Assembly: GCA_051453625.1 (NCBI GenBank) | Contig: JBOZIK010000001.1 | Span: 26,819,994-26,883,993, forward strand | Direction of reading: 5' to 3' | Source: Welwitschia mirabilis | Lineage: Eukaryota | Length of the DNA: 64,000 nucleotides | Shown here: positions 27,462 through 40,805 of the stretch, in pieces | How the letters are laid out: every line of letters starts with the position of its first letter | How positions within the stretch are numbered: position 1 is the first letter of the stretch | Made by a program: the position numbers and the translations under genes | The notes under the pieces: model-generated | What the model was told of the DNA's origin: nothing | What the model saw: the letters and a program-made list of their open reading frames with translations, nothing else | The model's database searches: none

Positions 27462-28977
27462 TATTAGATTGTAATTTTAGATATATTTGATAAGTTTTCA
27501 AACAAATTGGGAAGAATTTGAAGAACTATCAAGATGATCAAATGAAGCATCAATTTCTAATGTATGAACCTTGTCCTAGAATATTTAAGTACCTAAACTT
27601 ATTTAAAACATCATAGATTTAATTTGGACTTAGAAGTGATGATCAACATGGTTAGAAGATGGAAAAGAAGTGACATTCAGTTAGTCATTCAGACAACAAT
27701 CAAAGGATAATAGCAAATTATGAAGTAAAATCATAATATGAAAATGGCTCTGACTAGTCTTCATGATGAATGATAAGTATACCATTAAAATAAACTTCTT
27801 AGAAAGGTCTTGAGATAACTCAATGAACTTAAAAACCATAATCAAGTTTAGAATACATTCAACCATGATCAATGCACTTGTGAAGAATGAAGGAAGGTTA
27901 ATTTTAGTAGAAGAAAGCATTAGAGACCGAGAGAAAGTTCAATCAAGGTGATTTAAGAAAAGACAGTATCAAAAAAAGTGTTGCTCACTTGGTCATCCAA
28001 ACAATAGCAGAAGGACAACTAATAGGAAAATAAGAAATGAAAAGACTATCATCTACCTCATAACCTAGATGACACATCTAAATGACACTCAGTATACACA
28101 AATAAAAATGTTATTTTTTCACTGACAGTCATCCACCCAGTTATTTGGACAATACTTAGGTGGATGAGACTTAGGTGTTATAGTAAGAAAACACATGAAA
28201 GACAATCAACTATTATAAGAGAAGATTACATTTTGTTTACCTAGTCATATAGACGACACCTTATAGGACGATAGTTCTAATGAATATAAAACATATTCTA
28301 TCTATTTCAAAATCAGTGGTAGAATTAATCTTGATTAGTTACTACTCCTTGGTAATCTAAACCATTAATTTAAACCTATAAATTCCCCTTTTTGATTCCA
28401 CATTTTATATATTTAATGCATCAATTATTCTTGTGATGATTTAAAGATCAATTATGTAAGAAATTCATGTAGCTTAGGAGAGTAGCCTACCTTGGTGTTG
28501 GACTATGTTTCCTCCATTAAAGAGGAAATACTTTTAATTGAATGTAAGAAAATTATGATTAATAAAGATTATTGTGTTTGTACTAATTTCTCTCTTATGT
28601 TCTTCCTATGTTATGTTGAAATCAATTCAAGTGCATAAAAGGTAACTGTAATTTTAATATAGTATACAAGGGCCAACCTGTGTGATAACAAGTTGATGAA
28701 ACTTGGTTAGTAAATTGCATTTAGGATTGTATTTCATTCTTGTAATGCATGTACGATTGTATTGTCATTCATTTATCATTCTGAAATTGAATAAAAAATC
28801 ATTTTAATTCCTTTCTATGAAGCATTCTTTTAGATGTACTTAGAATTCCTCTCTAGAGTATGACAGTGGGTTGACTCCCTATATTAATGTGTGTTGTGTG
28901 AATTAGATACTAAGATTCTAGGTTATTATTGATAATGATTAATTGAAGAAGAAATGCATATGGTCCACACCCTAACA
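27462..28977 (+). mobile_element. Diverged LTR related to the Athila LTRs (no TSD or PBS recognised)
   Basis: Termini TATTAG...CTAACA; atatttgata 21 nt from start as in the 3549 LTR; ctataaat at ~28376; cttggtgttggactatgtttcctccatt; ctccctatattaatgtg near the end. Confidence 0.7.
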
Positions 28978-29807
28978 TACATCCACTTGAAAGATTAAAG
29001 AATCAAGATGCTGCTTCTTCTTTTAATAAAAGACTAAAAAGCATACATATGACATCTTCAAGAGTAGTTTTTAAGATCTAAATCAATCTTTTAAAAGATT
29101 TCATAATTTCTTCTAGAATGGGAAACTTAGTTTAGTAGAATGATTCAGGGAAGAAACCTTTTTTACTCTTAGGAATAAGATTAAAAGTTTAAGAATTTAA
29201 AGGATGATTCCCAAATATAGGAAGGGAATTAACCATGACTCTTCTTCTGGTATTTACAAGTCAAAGGAGGTATTTGGTTAATGGATAGATTTAATCAACT
29301 AGATATGCTATAAGTAATAGATTTATGAAGGGGGTTTAAAAAGATATTGGGGGTAGAAAGTATATGTGAATTTTGATGTTTATCCTTTTTTATCGATTAT
29401 TAATTTAAAGAAGTAAAAATAAAAAATTATTTTTATCTTTTACATTATTTAAGTATTACTAGTTTTGAAAATCTTATTTTTCATAACCTGAAAGGCCATA
29501 ATTCCGATTTTAATTATAGAGTTATTAATTATTAAATCTTTTTTCACCATAACCTAGGTTTGCATTTTTATTATAAACCTATGATAACTTAAAACTTCTT
29601 TGCTTTTTATCATTTAGTAATCTTGGAAGATGATTAACAAGCATCTTTTTCATATGCATAGATCTTGAATTGGAAATAATTCTTTAAAGTGATATTCATT
29701 TGGGCTTACTTATGTAGCACTTTTAAAATATTTAGCAAATAAGTTCTTTGTATAAGTATGTTTGCTTCATTTGTTTAGTAATTCTTCCTTTGAAGTATGT
29801 TACTCAA

Positions 29808-31255
29808 TGTTGGAGGCCAAACTTTACAAATAAAAACTAGGTCCTTCATTATAGAAAGGTCCTAATGCTGTTATTTCCTCATGAATAATTTGTGACAAAA
29901 TACAAGAAAGAAAATTAAAAAAATTAAAGGAAAATAGATTTAAGAAAAAGAAAATAAAAGTGAAAAGAAATGTTTAGAAAGTTTAGAGACTAAAGATAGG
30001 AATGACCGTAGATCTCAGAATCCAGCATGAACATAACAATAATGGAAAGATTTCCTGTAATAAAAATAGATCTTCTCTATTTTTAAGATCGAAATGTTAA
30101 TATTTGTCAAAGATTAAGCATGGTGACATAATCTCATGCATCATATGAGTATTCGTGGAGAGCTCAAGTCATCTTATCTCCTATAGCATATTTGTATAAG
30201 CATGAAAAGGAGGATGCAATTCACAAAGACCATTAAACATCAGTATAAACTATAGAATAAAATATAAATAGGAAGAAATCAATTAGAAATAAGATAAAGC
30301 TCAACATATTTTAGTACAACAAAAATTATGACAACTATGTAAAATATCCATACTTGCTATCAAAAAGATTGTACTAAAGATTAACTACTATTTCCTCCAC
30401 TTATTAAAAGTATTAAAATTATGTCATAAGCCACACTTAAAGCCAAGAGAATAAAGCTAAGAATAGCAACATTTTATTTAATAAAATAGAGCAAAACTAT
30501 AATAAAAAACAAAAAACATTAAGCTACAACTAAAATGTCATGCTATCCTTAAGGAGTAACCCCTCTTAAGAGAAAGATTTAGAAGATAAACATAAATAGC
30601 ATTAGCCTCAGTATGAAGTACAACAAGATCAGTCCCTTCCCAAGCATGAATTCTCCATTTATAAATTTTTATAAGTGGAATGCTTGACCCTTTTTATAGA
30701 GAAGATTGAACTTAGAATGATTGAAATTATTTGTTTTTTAGTGTTTGGTGGGGGAGTTGAGGTTCCATTTTCTTGCATTTGGTGGAGTGCTTATCATAAT
30801 GAGTACAACATGTTAGATTTAGAGCAAGATTCCTCCACTCACTAGTACCACCACCACATGTCTCTAGCGTTGTTATTATTCTATGTAGAATTGGTTATTT
30901 TATGGCTAAAGATAACTGTAGATTTTAGTGCATTAGATAACTAGTTCCATAACTAAAAATGGATTTATTCTCCATGGGAGTCTAGGCTATAAATTTGGAG
31001 TTTTAATTAACTAGCATTGTGATACAGGTAAATGGTGCCACTAGCTTTTTATACAAGAACAAGTCCTTCTTCTGATATGTACTCCATAATGCAGCTAGAA
31101 GCCTAAAAATTTCATGGGGAAAGCATAAGATCAAGCATGGCATAAAAAAACAATAGAATACATATTTTTATGATTAAAATAGTTAATTAATGTCTTTTCT
31201 TGTAATAAACTGACCTAAAATACTTGAGATAAATAATAATTTTTACATGTTAACA
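29808..31255 (-). mobile_element. Solo-like ~1.45-kb LTR related to the tandem-array LTR
   Basis: Minus strand TGTTAACATGT...CCAACA termini, tataaat box at ~30657-30663, homology to 25270-25938 and to 58170-58460. Flanking 5-mers do not match. Confidence 0.65.
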
Positions 31256-31409
31256 AATTATATAATAATTTGTACCAAGTTAATTAGTTAAGTATAATGC
31301 TTTAAATGTTTTTCATGTAATCTAACATTATTTGTAGATCCATTTTTTTGCATTTCTTTTTACAAAATACATAATTTAATATGCTATGTTTATTTTGAAA
31401 GAAGTATAA

Positions 31410-32135
31410 TAGTATGGGAAGATCCATTGTTTCACTTAATGATCTTGATTAACTTCCATTAGTTAGAGTTCATCCACGATCATATGGTAATAAGACTATT
31501 TAGATATTTTCACATGTGTTTAATGCAAGTATAATCTAGATGTTATATATAGACATATAGGAAATGACATTCATAAAAAAAATATAGGAATATTTTCATA
31601 AATATCTTAGATGGAAAGTCTTTAGACAAGGATTATGACTTTTTGATGAAAAGAATTAAATTTCCTTCAACCTCTAATGAATAATATGGAGTTAAAGATT
31701 TTATTAATTTATATGTCAATAATAATAAAATTAACATGCATAACAAAGATAATTACTAAGATTAAAACAACCTGTTGCTAAATGTTTAGTGAATAAGGAT
31801 ATATGTCATTCTTCATTTGATGGAAACATAGGATAATTAGATAAAGAGGTTTTTGGTTCTAAGGATGTAAGAATAATATTAACAGACGACCATTAACTCA
31901 AAGTAGGATTGGTAAATGGACTTATGATTTCAAAAAAATAGATTATTAACATGTAAGAAGGTCATTAGAATAAATTTATTATCTAATTCTTCATTTTAAT
32001 TATTTCTTAGAAATATTATTGAATAGATCATATCTCAAAAAAGTACTTATTATTTTAAATATTTGAGGTGGAACATCTAAGCTTTTACTTAAACTCATAT
32101 TACAACCTCTAATTCATAAGGCATGATATTATAAA
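31410..32135 (+). pseudogene. Decayed PIF1-family (Helitron-type) SF1 helicase fragment
   Basis: In order: GRSIVSLNDLD*LPLV (GDxxQLPPV), LDVIYRH, DGKSLDKDYDFLMKR, MHNK..LKQPVA, RIILTDDH*LKVGLVNG, IHKA* (TIHKSQG). Confidence 0.8.
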
Positions 32136-33474
32136 GACATGCATAAACATTAGACCAAAGAAGACAATAAATTTAACATTTGAAAAAAAAAAAGTTAGGA
32201 TCATTTTAATTGAATAATTTCATATGTATAATGCATCCTCAAAGTGGAGGTGTAGAAATATTTTGAAAGAGTAACATCTTCAAAGTTAGAGATTTATAGC
32301 TAAATGTTTAATATTAGTTTATATTTAGGTGTAAAAATAAATCTTTTTACTCTTTGCATTCTCTTCTTATGAATGAACATTTAAGATGATTTTTCATAAA
32401 CACATATTTGCTTATTGAATTATAAGATCAAACTACATTTATTAACAGACAACTACATTCATATATAAATTTTCATTCTTTAAGAATGCATATGATTTTT
32501 GAGAAAATAAATAATATTTTTTTATGAGTATGTATAGTTAAAATTTATGCTTGCTACCATCAATAATGATAGTCTGTACTAACTTTTAAATATAAATGTG
32601 TGCATTCACAATATAATATTAACTATTTAAAAAGGGTGTGCATTTATAATATTAACTTTTTAACTATGCACCAAAAAGTCAAAGTCATCCGTTTAACCTA
32701 TGTTTCCTTTTAAAGAAAGACACAAAACAATTGAAAAATTTAGTTCAAATGGCAATTTTGAGCTTTTGATAAATGGTTAGAAGTGAAATTTGGTCAATGT
32801 TAGGACATTGAATTCATGGTTAAGAATCAACATTAATCTTACAACTAAAGAAAATGATGGTTTAACAAATTTAACATAGAATGATTAACATTCATTCCTG
32901 GTCCATCAGAAAACATTATATGAAGTGATATTTGAGGTACAAAAGGATAAAAGATGTTATTATGAAGAGTTCATAATCATAGAATAGAACACGACATTAA
33001 GAAGGATTCATTCTTAAGCGTTTTTCATTAAAATAAACCTTAAATGTGATGTAGCTATTACAAAAAAGTTATTATAAATCTGATACCCTTATTAATACAA
33101 CTTTAGTAAGAGCAAAGACTTTTCTTATAATCATGATTGTATGATGTTCTCTACATAATGATGATTAAAGGAATCATTCATGAAATAAGTACTTCAAAAA
33201 AAAAAAAAAAATGATTTGTTATGAAGGATATACTTTGAGGAAGATTAAATTGATTTACGGTATGACTAGCTAAAAAAGTAAAAAGGATGTTTAGTCAAAA
33301 TTAAAGATCCATGATTCATCATTATGTATTTATATTACAGGTTTCTAAGAATAACTATTAGACTTTTAAAAAATATTATTTATTTCAAAAAAAATATTTA
33401 GTGAGAATGCATTGTAATCATAATATGGTCAAATTGTAGTTTTATTAAAGAAAGACACCCACCTTCATAGAATA

Positions 33475-34910
33475 ATTGATCACATTACATCACATTACTA
33501 TTAATAGTTTGAACATGATTTTCATTAGTTGTTCATAGATAAATCCTATTCACCATATCATATTGTGACTTAGACTTCAATCAATATTCATCATCGTGGT
33601 TTGTTTTTCTTATTTGTTTGTGGACTTTCTAGGTATACACACATATTGTAAGGCATATTTCGATCAACATTCATCGTAGTAGTTAAGCCCATTGATCACA
33701 TCCTATTACACTACTATTAATAGTCCAAACACATCTTTCATTGGTTGTTCATAAATAGAACCTATTCATCACATCATATTATAACTTAGACTTTGATCAA
33801 CATTTATCCTAGTAGTTTATCTTTCTTATTCATTTATAATAGACTTTCTAGGTACAAACACATATTTGAAGGCATACTTTGATTAACATTTATTGTAGCA
33901 TTTAAAAGTGAATAGTCAACCCCACCTAAGCCATAATCTCTTATACCTTACTAGATTCTTCTACTTTCTTCTTTTATTCTTCTTCACATTTCATCTCTTA
34001 ATCTCATTATTCCACTTCCTTCTATTATTCTTCTTTAGCATTTCCTCTCTTAATCTTGTATAATAAACCAAGTAGTAGATGTAGCTGAAAAAGCTATTGA
34101 ATGATCACATTAGTTTTCTTTGTTCTAGTTCATCCATTAGAGGTTTTTGATTTATTTTTGAAGAGATTTTGGTTTGTTGGAATTTATTCCTTACAGTTAG
34201 CATTTATGTGAATAGTAATACTTGACCCCAAAGCCAACTCACAAATAGAATAAAGAAAGCTAGGATGTGAAGAAGTCATAGGTTTGTATTCTTCAAATTC
34301 TTATAAATTATGATCCATTATTTCCTTGTAACATTACAAGCTCCCTAAAGTGGTGTACTAGCTATATACTCTTAATAATAAAAACCTTAGCACATTGTAT
34401 GACATTATATTGCATTGCTATTAATAGTTTAAACACATTTTCCACTAGTCATTTACAGATAAAACCTATTGATCAAATTATATTGTGACTTAGCTTTGAT
34501 CAATATTCATTATGATGGTTTACCTTTCTTATCTTTTTGTAGTATTTCTAAGTTAAAACACATTTTATAGGGCATAGTTCAATCAATATTCATTGTAGTG
34601 GCCAAGACTGGATAGTCACCCTCCACTAAGCCACAAATGAAAGAAATAGAGTTGTGAAGAAGTAATAGATCTCTCATACATTGCTCAATTCTTCTATTTT
34701 ATTTTTCTATTCTTCTTTAGCATTTCCTGGCTTAGTTTGATTGCTTAGCCTTCTTTTATTCTTCTTTACTATTTCTTCTTTGTACATGTATTTGCGAAAG
34801 CTACAAAATGATTACTATACTTTTATTTGTTACAGTTTGTCAACCAAAGGTTTTCTATTTATGTTTGAAGAGTTTTTATTCGTTAGGATTTTTGCCTCAC
34901 AAATAGTGTT
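33475..34910. repeat. Diverged ~216-bp repeat (3 copies) within a ~0.7-kb duplication
   Basis: Copies at ~33475-33690, 33691-33908 and ~34400-34610; downstream blocks also repeat (33910/34610, 34020/34705, 34140/34848). Confidence 0.85.
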
Positions 34911-35589
34911 ATGAGCTCCCCAAAATGACCTACTACTTATTTGCTATAATAGTGAAAAACCTAGTGTTATGATTATGATAAAATTCTAAACCTTATTTTT
35001 GATTTTTTCTTAATTGGAATGTCTTTGAGATATTCATAGCTTATGAAATTGAATACAACCTCTCTTCTATAATCTTCCACTTGATTAAAATGCTTAATAA
35101 AGGTACATGATATAGCATTGCTAGTTAGGAAATGGAAAGATTTATTTGAGGAAGAACAAAGCAATGATATACGAAGTATGGAATGAATTCTAAAGTCTTT
35201 TAAGATGAATGAAATAAAAGGGGTTAAATAAATAATAATTATTAGGACAAACAAGTAAACCAATTGTCTGGTATAATTTTTATCAACAGAAAAAATATGA
35301 TATTAAGACATCAAGAAAACAAATTGAATTTTCTGTTGATTAAGTGTCCAATAGTAATTATTGTGTCATTTCTCGAAGAGACTAAAAGTGAAATGCACAC
35401 ACAAAACATGATCCATCAGTTTGCATGTGACCGTCAAGCAAAATTTTTATTTAATGTGTACACCAAATTTGAAACAAATTTGATGAAAGCAAGAACTGGT
35501 TTAGAGAATATTGATTTTCATTAGATTTAAAAGAATTAATTAAGCATTCTAAGACGTGATAAGATTTAATTATTTCTGTTATTAGAAAA

Positions 35590-35948
35590 TGAATGGACTC
35601 TATTGACACAAAAGATGCCAACCATCCAGCACACCGTGGTGGCCTGTTCTGGGATGAGCCCAGTGCTCCGCGGTGGGAATAGCTACCACAGTTTAGCACA
35701 AGAAGTAGTGAGCAACCATCAATTCTCTGGGAGCTCGGTCCTCCGGCAAAGCCCTTTTCTCCACCGTGACGCAGATCATGAAGGTGGTATGCAGGAAAAC
35801 TGAAAGGATGTTTAACATGAAATTAAGTATACTTGAAATCATCGGCAAGATTACAGCTTCCCTGTGTGTCCACACTGCAACCAAAGACTATGCATTTTTC
35901 TTCTCCATCAAGATCAGCCCCATCCAGTAAATCAGCCACTTCCAGTTC
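35590..35948. other. Unidentified GC/CpG-rich island followed by an A-rich tract
   Basis: About half G+C with several CpGs in a strongly AT-rich, CpG-depleted context; no TE motif recognised. Confidence 0.5.
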
Positions 35949-36984
35949 AAAAAAATTAAAAAAGCGAAAAAAAAGGAAAAAGGAAATAGGTTTAGGCATT
36001 GGTATCCTCGAGATGGCATGAAACCTTAGGCGATGTAGAGGTTGAATGTAACTGAAAAGAGAGAATAAGCAATGAAAGTGTTGGTAGGATAGCAGTAGTA
36101 ACTAAGAATTTATGAGAGTAAATTAAAAGAAGCATAGTGGAAAGGAGTTTGAGAGAATGATTAAGTGTAGGTGGAATAGTAAAGGGTAATACCAGAGTGG
36201 GGAAAAATAATATGATAAATGCAAAGGAATGGGGGAAACGAGTATGATGTAGGATAAATAAATGGGATAATGAAAACAAGGATACATGAATGGGAATAGT
36301 GGAATAAATGTAAATATGAGGTGGAATGCAAGGTAAAATCATGGTATAAAATTGTCAATTATGTAAATTGCCCCCTTTTTCATGTAAGTTGAATGAAGAA
36401 GAAATTACATTAAAAATATAAGGAACATTTATCTCTTTTGGGTTTTCACTTTTTTAATTTTTTTCTTTTTTATTTTTGTTTTATGATTTTTTAATGCATA
36501 GAGATGTATAGATGCCATAAACATGAGGGACACCCAAATAAGAGAAATCTTAAACATGGAAAGGTGTAGAATTATGGGAAAAATGTCATAAATGAGACAT
36601 AAATGAGACATGAATGATAATGGAAAAGAATGAAAAATACTAAACAAAAAAATGGGATGTATATGTGATATGCTTACCCTAGGGGGATGGTAAACCAAAC
36701 ATCAGTAAGTGAGATGATCATGTGGTAAAATAGTGACTAGCAACTAGAGTAGTATAATAGTTGAAAACCATGGTAAATAGAGGGGTGATCATGACATGAG
36801 GTGAAAGGAATAGGATGAGATAATAATGAGATGATGGAAATGTCTCTAATGTGGTTTGATGTGAATGTGGATTCAAATGCATATAAAATGGGGTAGATGA
36901 TGATGAAGAATCATGATGTATGAATGTAATGGTAAGAAAAAGTCATCACAAGTTGAGAAAGTGACAGAGTTTTGTGGAAAAAAG

Positions 36985-37194
36985 AAAAATGGGGATGCCA
37001 TGAGTGTGCATAGGTATAAAAGGAGAGATGTTGTCTTGGTGAAGTGAAATGAATAATGAGGAGTGACTAAGAGTACTTGCTAATCATACAAAAATGGGGA
37101 TGTCATGAGTGTGCATAGGTATAAAAGGAGAGATGATGTTTTGGTGAAGTGAAATGAATAATGAGGAGTGACTAAGAGTACTTGCTAATCATAC
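36985..37194. repeat. Near-perfect 105-bp tandem duplication
   Basis: aaaaatggggatg...gctaatcatac at 36985-37089 and 37090-37194, only a few substitutions. Confidence 0.92.
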
Positions 37195-38369
37195 ACAAGA
37201 TGGGTGAAGGGGAAATATGACATAAAACAGGAGAGCATGGGTAAAAATGGATGTCATGTCAAATAAGTACAATAAACTTAATAAAATAGGTAGCTATATA
37301 AATGAAAATGGATACCACGATGAGCATGTAGATGTTGAATAGGTGCAAACATGCATCATTTTAGGTTTTTACCTGTTTGCAAATTTTTTTGCTTTTTTCC
37401 CCTTTATTTCTTTCTCTTTCTCTTACAACTATAAATATGATGAACATGGAACTACATAAGTAAAATGGTAGATATAGATAAATGTTGGAAGATGGGATTA
37501 ATGAAATGATAAAAATGAAAATAATGAAAAAATGGGAAAGAATCATGGTGTAGGAGTGGAGATGGTGCTAGATAGTGGATGAAATGAGTTAATCAAGAAT
37601 GAAAATGTAGCACAAGTACTATATAAAGAGAAAAGAATAGGACACTAAATGAATGAAGGGTAAAGAATGGTAAATTAAAATACATATTAAATACATAGGA
37701 AAAATACTAATGCTAAATGAAATAATGAACATAGGATACTAGTAGGTAGAATATCAAAACCAATGTATATGCATGAACCATGATAAAAGTTTAATGTCAA
37801 CATCATCCTTCTTAATAAGTGAAGGCTCATCTCATAGGAGATTGACAACAATAAAGATAAGGTCGCAAATAATGGAATGATCCTTACCATGTAAATGTAA
37901 TATACATGTATCTTTGCCTCAACCAACTATTTGGTGGCATGTATCCACTAAATAATCTTATGCATCTCATTAGCCATGGCCCAAAGAATGTAAACAGGAA
38001 CATAAAATCTACATGATGTAATGTGTAAATCATGCTATTATATGCAAAAAGTGATTGAGTATCTGCATGAGAAATTTATTATGAGAATAGTAAATGCATG
38101 TGGTAAAACAATAAAATTGCAAAAATGCCATAAAGAAAAGAATTATTTCAAGTTTTCATGATGGTAAATATGTACATGCATGCAATAAATAGTAAAAGAT
38201 GAAAAATGATAACTAAATAGTGGAAGATGGTATAAGCATAATGGTGTTTAAGATTTTAATGATAGTAAGGTCAAACATAAAAAGTGCTAATGGGTTGTTT
38301 ATCCTTTATGTTATTTAGGCGTTTTAGTCTATATGTCCCTTGTCAAAACTTCTATGAGATAATAAACGA

Positions 38370-39300
38370 TCCTAACTATTTTAATGAAAACTTAAATGTC
38401 TTCTTAGTGAGATTAACCTTTAAGATAAAATCATCCATATTGTAACTTCTGGAATTTATGTGTTTATTATAAGTATCATTGATCCTTTTTTAATAAATCT
38501 AGGCATGTTAAAATTCTTTTGTTCTTTTATCATCTGTGATTTCTAATTATATAATATGGATTTCCTTTTTAGTATTAGTAAGTTATAGATCTCATATTAA
38601 GGTTTTCAATGTTGGGAACTATTGTGTTAGTAAAATTACTTCACTTCCATAAAATAGTTGAAAGGGATTGTTCTAGTGGGAATTTTATTAGAGTGCAGTA
38701 AGCCCATGGTGTAAGGGGTAGATTTTTATGCTAGAATTTAGGGTTATATTAGAATAGCTTCTTTAGGTGATTGATGATTACTTTAGTCATTTATTTAGAT
38801 TGATCATTTGCTTAGGATTATAGTCGGCTAGAAAATGGATGTTTATTCCCAAATTTGTTTTAAACTTTTGTTAACTCAATTTATTTAAATTGGGAACAAT
38901 CGTCAACAACAATTACATAGTATATGCAACATCTCATAATGATATTGTTTAGTATGAAATTTTAAATGTTTTTGTGATAATTTATCATAAAGGCATTCCT
39001 TTTATCTATTTTGGAAAATATTTAGTTACTATAGGAGTATAAGCATGTTGTTTAAATCATGTATGAGTGCTAAGGTTAATTGAATCCATATCCATTTACT
39101 CAATACTTAGATTGGACTAGTGGAAAATAAATCATTGGAGGTTGACATATTTAAGATGAAAATATATAATAAGTATTATAGGTTCTTACAAAAATGAAAC
39201 AATCATCACTTATTATTTTCCTAGAGTAACTAGACCTTAAGATGTGGATTAAAAGTGATTATCGATGCAGAATCTCTTCCTCAGGCTTAGAAGAAATAAC
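38370..39300 (-). mobile_element. Very decayed Copia integrase-region remnant
   Basis: Minus strand YYVIVVDDCSQF (~38887-38925) followed by KSTPYT (~38708-38727). Confidence 0.5.
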
Positions 39301-40805
39301 AATGTTTACCTTCTAGGGTAAGATGCTAAAGTTGTTTTAGAAAGCAGCTAGAAATTAAGTATCCATAAATAATTTCCCTCAAGGTACAACATAACTAAAT
39401 AATAGGGTTAGAGCAATTGATGAGGCCTAACATGTGGATTTTCATGGAGAAAAGTTAAATGAAGTAAAGAAAACAGAAAAAAAAGGGGAAAAAAGGAAAA
39501 AAGATGGATAAGAATAGAAGAAAGAGAGAATTTCCTTACGAAAGATTGTATTCTTTTAGTTGATTCAAGGTTTTCCTACACTAGGGAAAGGTGGAGCAGG
39601 TCTTAGCTATGGGATTAGAGGCTTCTAATAGGTCTCCTCCTTAAACTAAATGGATGAGATAGTATGAGTTTGAATAAGAACAATGAATGCATCTAAAGGA
39701 TGATATTTTTTTGAGGGATCTAAGATATTGATTCTCTTTACGAAAAGAGGTTTTCTAAAGTTTAGGTTCTTTATTTACTATCTTTGAGTTACTTAATGAA
39801 TACAAGTCTTAAGATGTGAAGAAAAGAATATGTTTGTTACATAAATCAATCAAAACTTACTATCTCTCCCTATCTCATCTCATTTGGGAGATGGTTATAT
39901 AGTCTTTTCATTCTAAGGGAGGAGGAGGAGGAGCTATGACATTACACTAAGAAACAAAAAATTAAACAATAAATAGCTGGGCGAAATACATGTAGAGAAG
40001 GAGATCATAAGATATATATTTTAGTATCTTCTAGTATCTTTTGATGTCTTCTATTAATAGAGAAAATACATTTCCTTGTTGATCTAGAATTTGAACTATG
40101 TTGAAGTGGAGATTGGTCATCTATGAAGCAGATGAAAGAGATGCAACCAGTTCATGAAGAGATCATCAGGCTAAAGGAGGCATTAAGAAATGAAAGAGAA
40201 TGTAGAAAGGATCCCCCAAGATGTAGGAATCTAGAAGTAAGAGAGAAAGGGAGAGATTACCCTTTTGCACTAGGAGTAGAGAAGAGGGAGTGATATGAGA
40301 AAAATGAAAGGGAGTGAAATGATGATGGCCCATATAGGTCTTCTTGGTTTAGCTTTAGATTAGTAGTAACTTTAGCAAAATAACATGGAGGACTGGTTGT
40401 TATGATACTTGACATGATTGTCAACATAATTGTACTTATCAATAGGATGTAATCATTGACTGAATCAAGGTCATCAACATGACAGTAGATCACATGACTA
40501 CAATTATCAACATGATCTCTAATTATGCTAAGAAGGATCATTATACCAAAACAATGGTCCCTTTCTTAGGCATCAAGCTAGTACTTACCCCATGATGTAA
40601 TGTCGTGGGTAGGCTCAGTTAACTCTAGTACATCCTAAGAGTTTAATAAAACCTTAAGATTCTTTTAAACTCCAATTGGATAAATCATAGCTTATAGGAT
40701 CTCAAAGATGGAAGAAAGAAGATAGATGGATATGTAAAGATGATAAAGGATTAAGTATAGTGTTTGCATGCCAAATTAACATATTAAGAAAGTATAATTA
40801 ATCAT

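Noticed and set aside
35590-36000. Telomerase RNA, 5S rRNA/P5SM, snRNA or miRNA identity for the GC island
   Set aside because: Only short chance similarities (gatgc..ccagcac, cctaaacct); no USE/TATA promoter or conserved core recognised.
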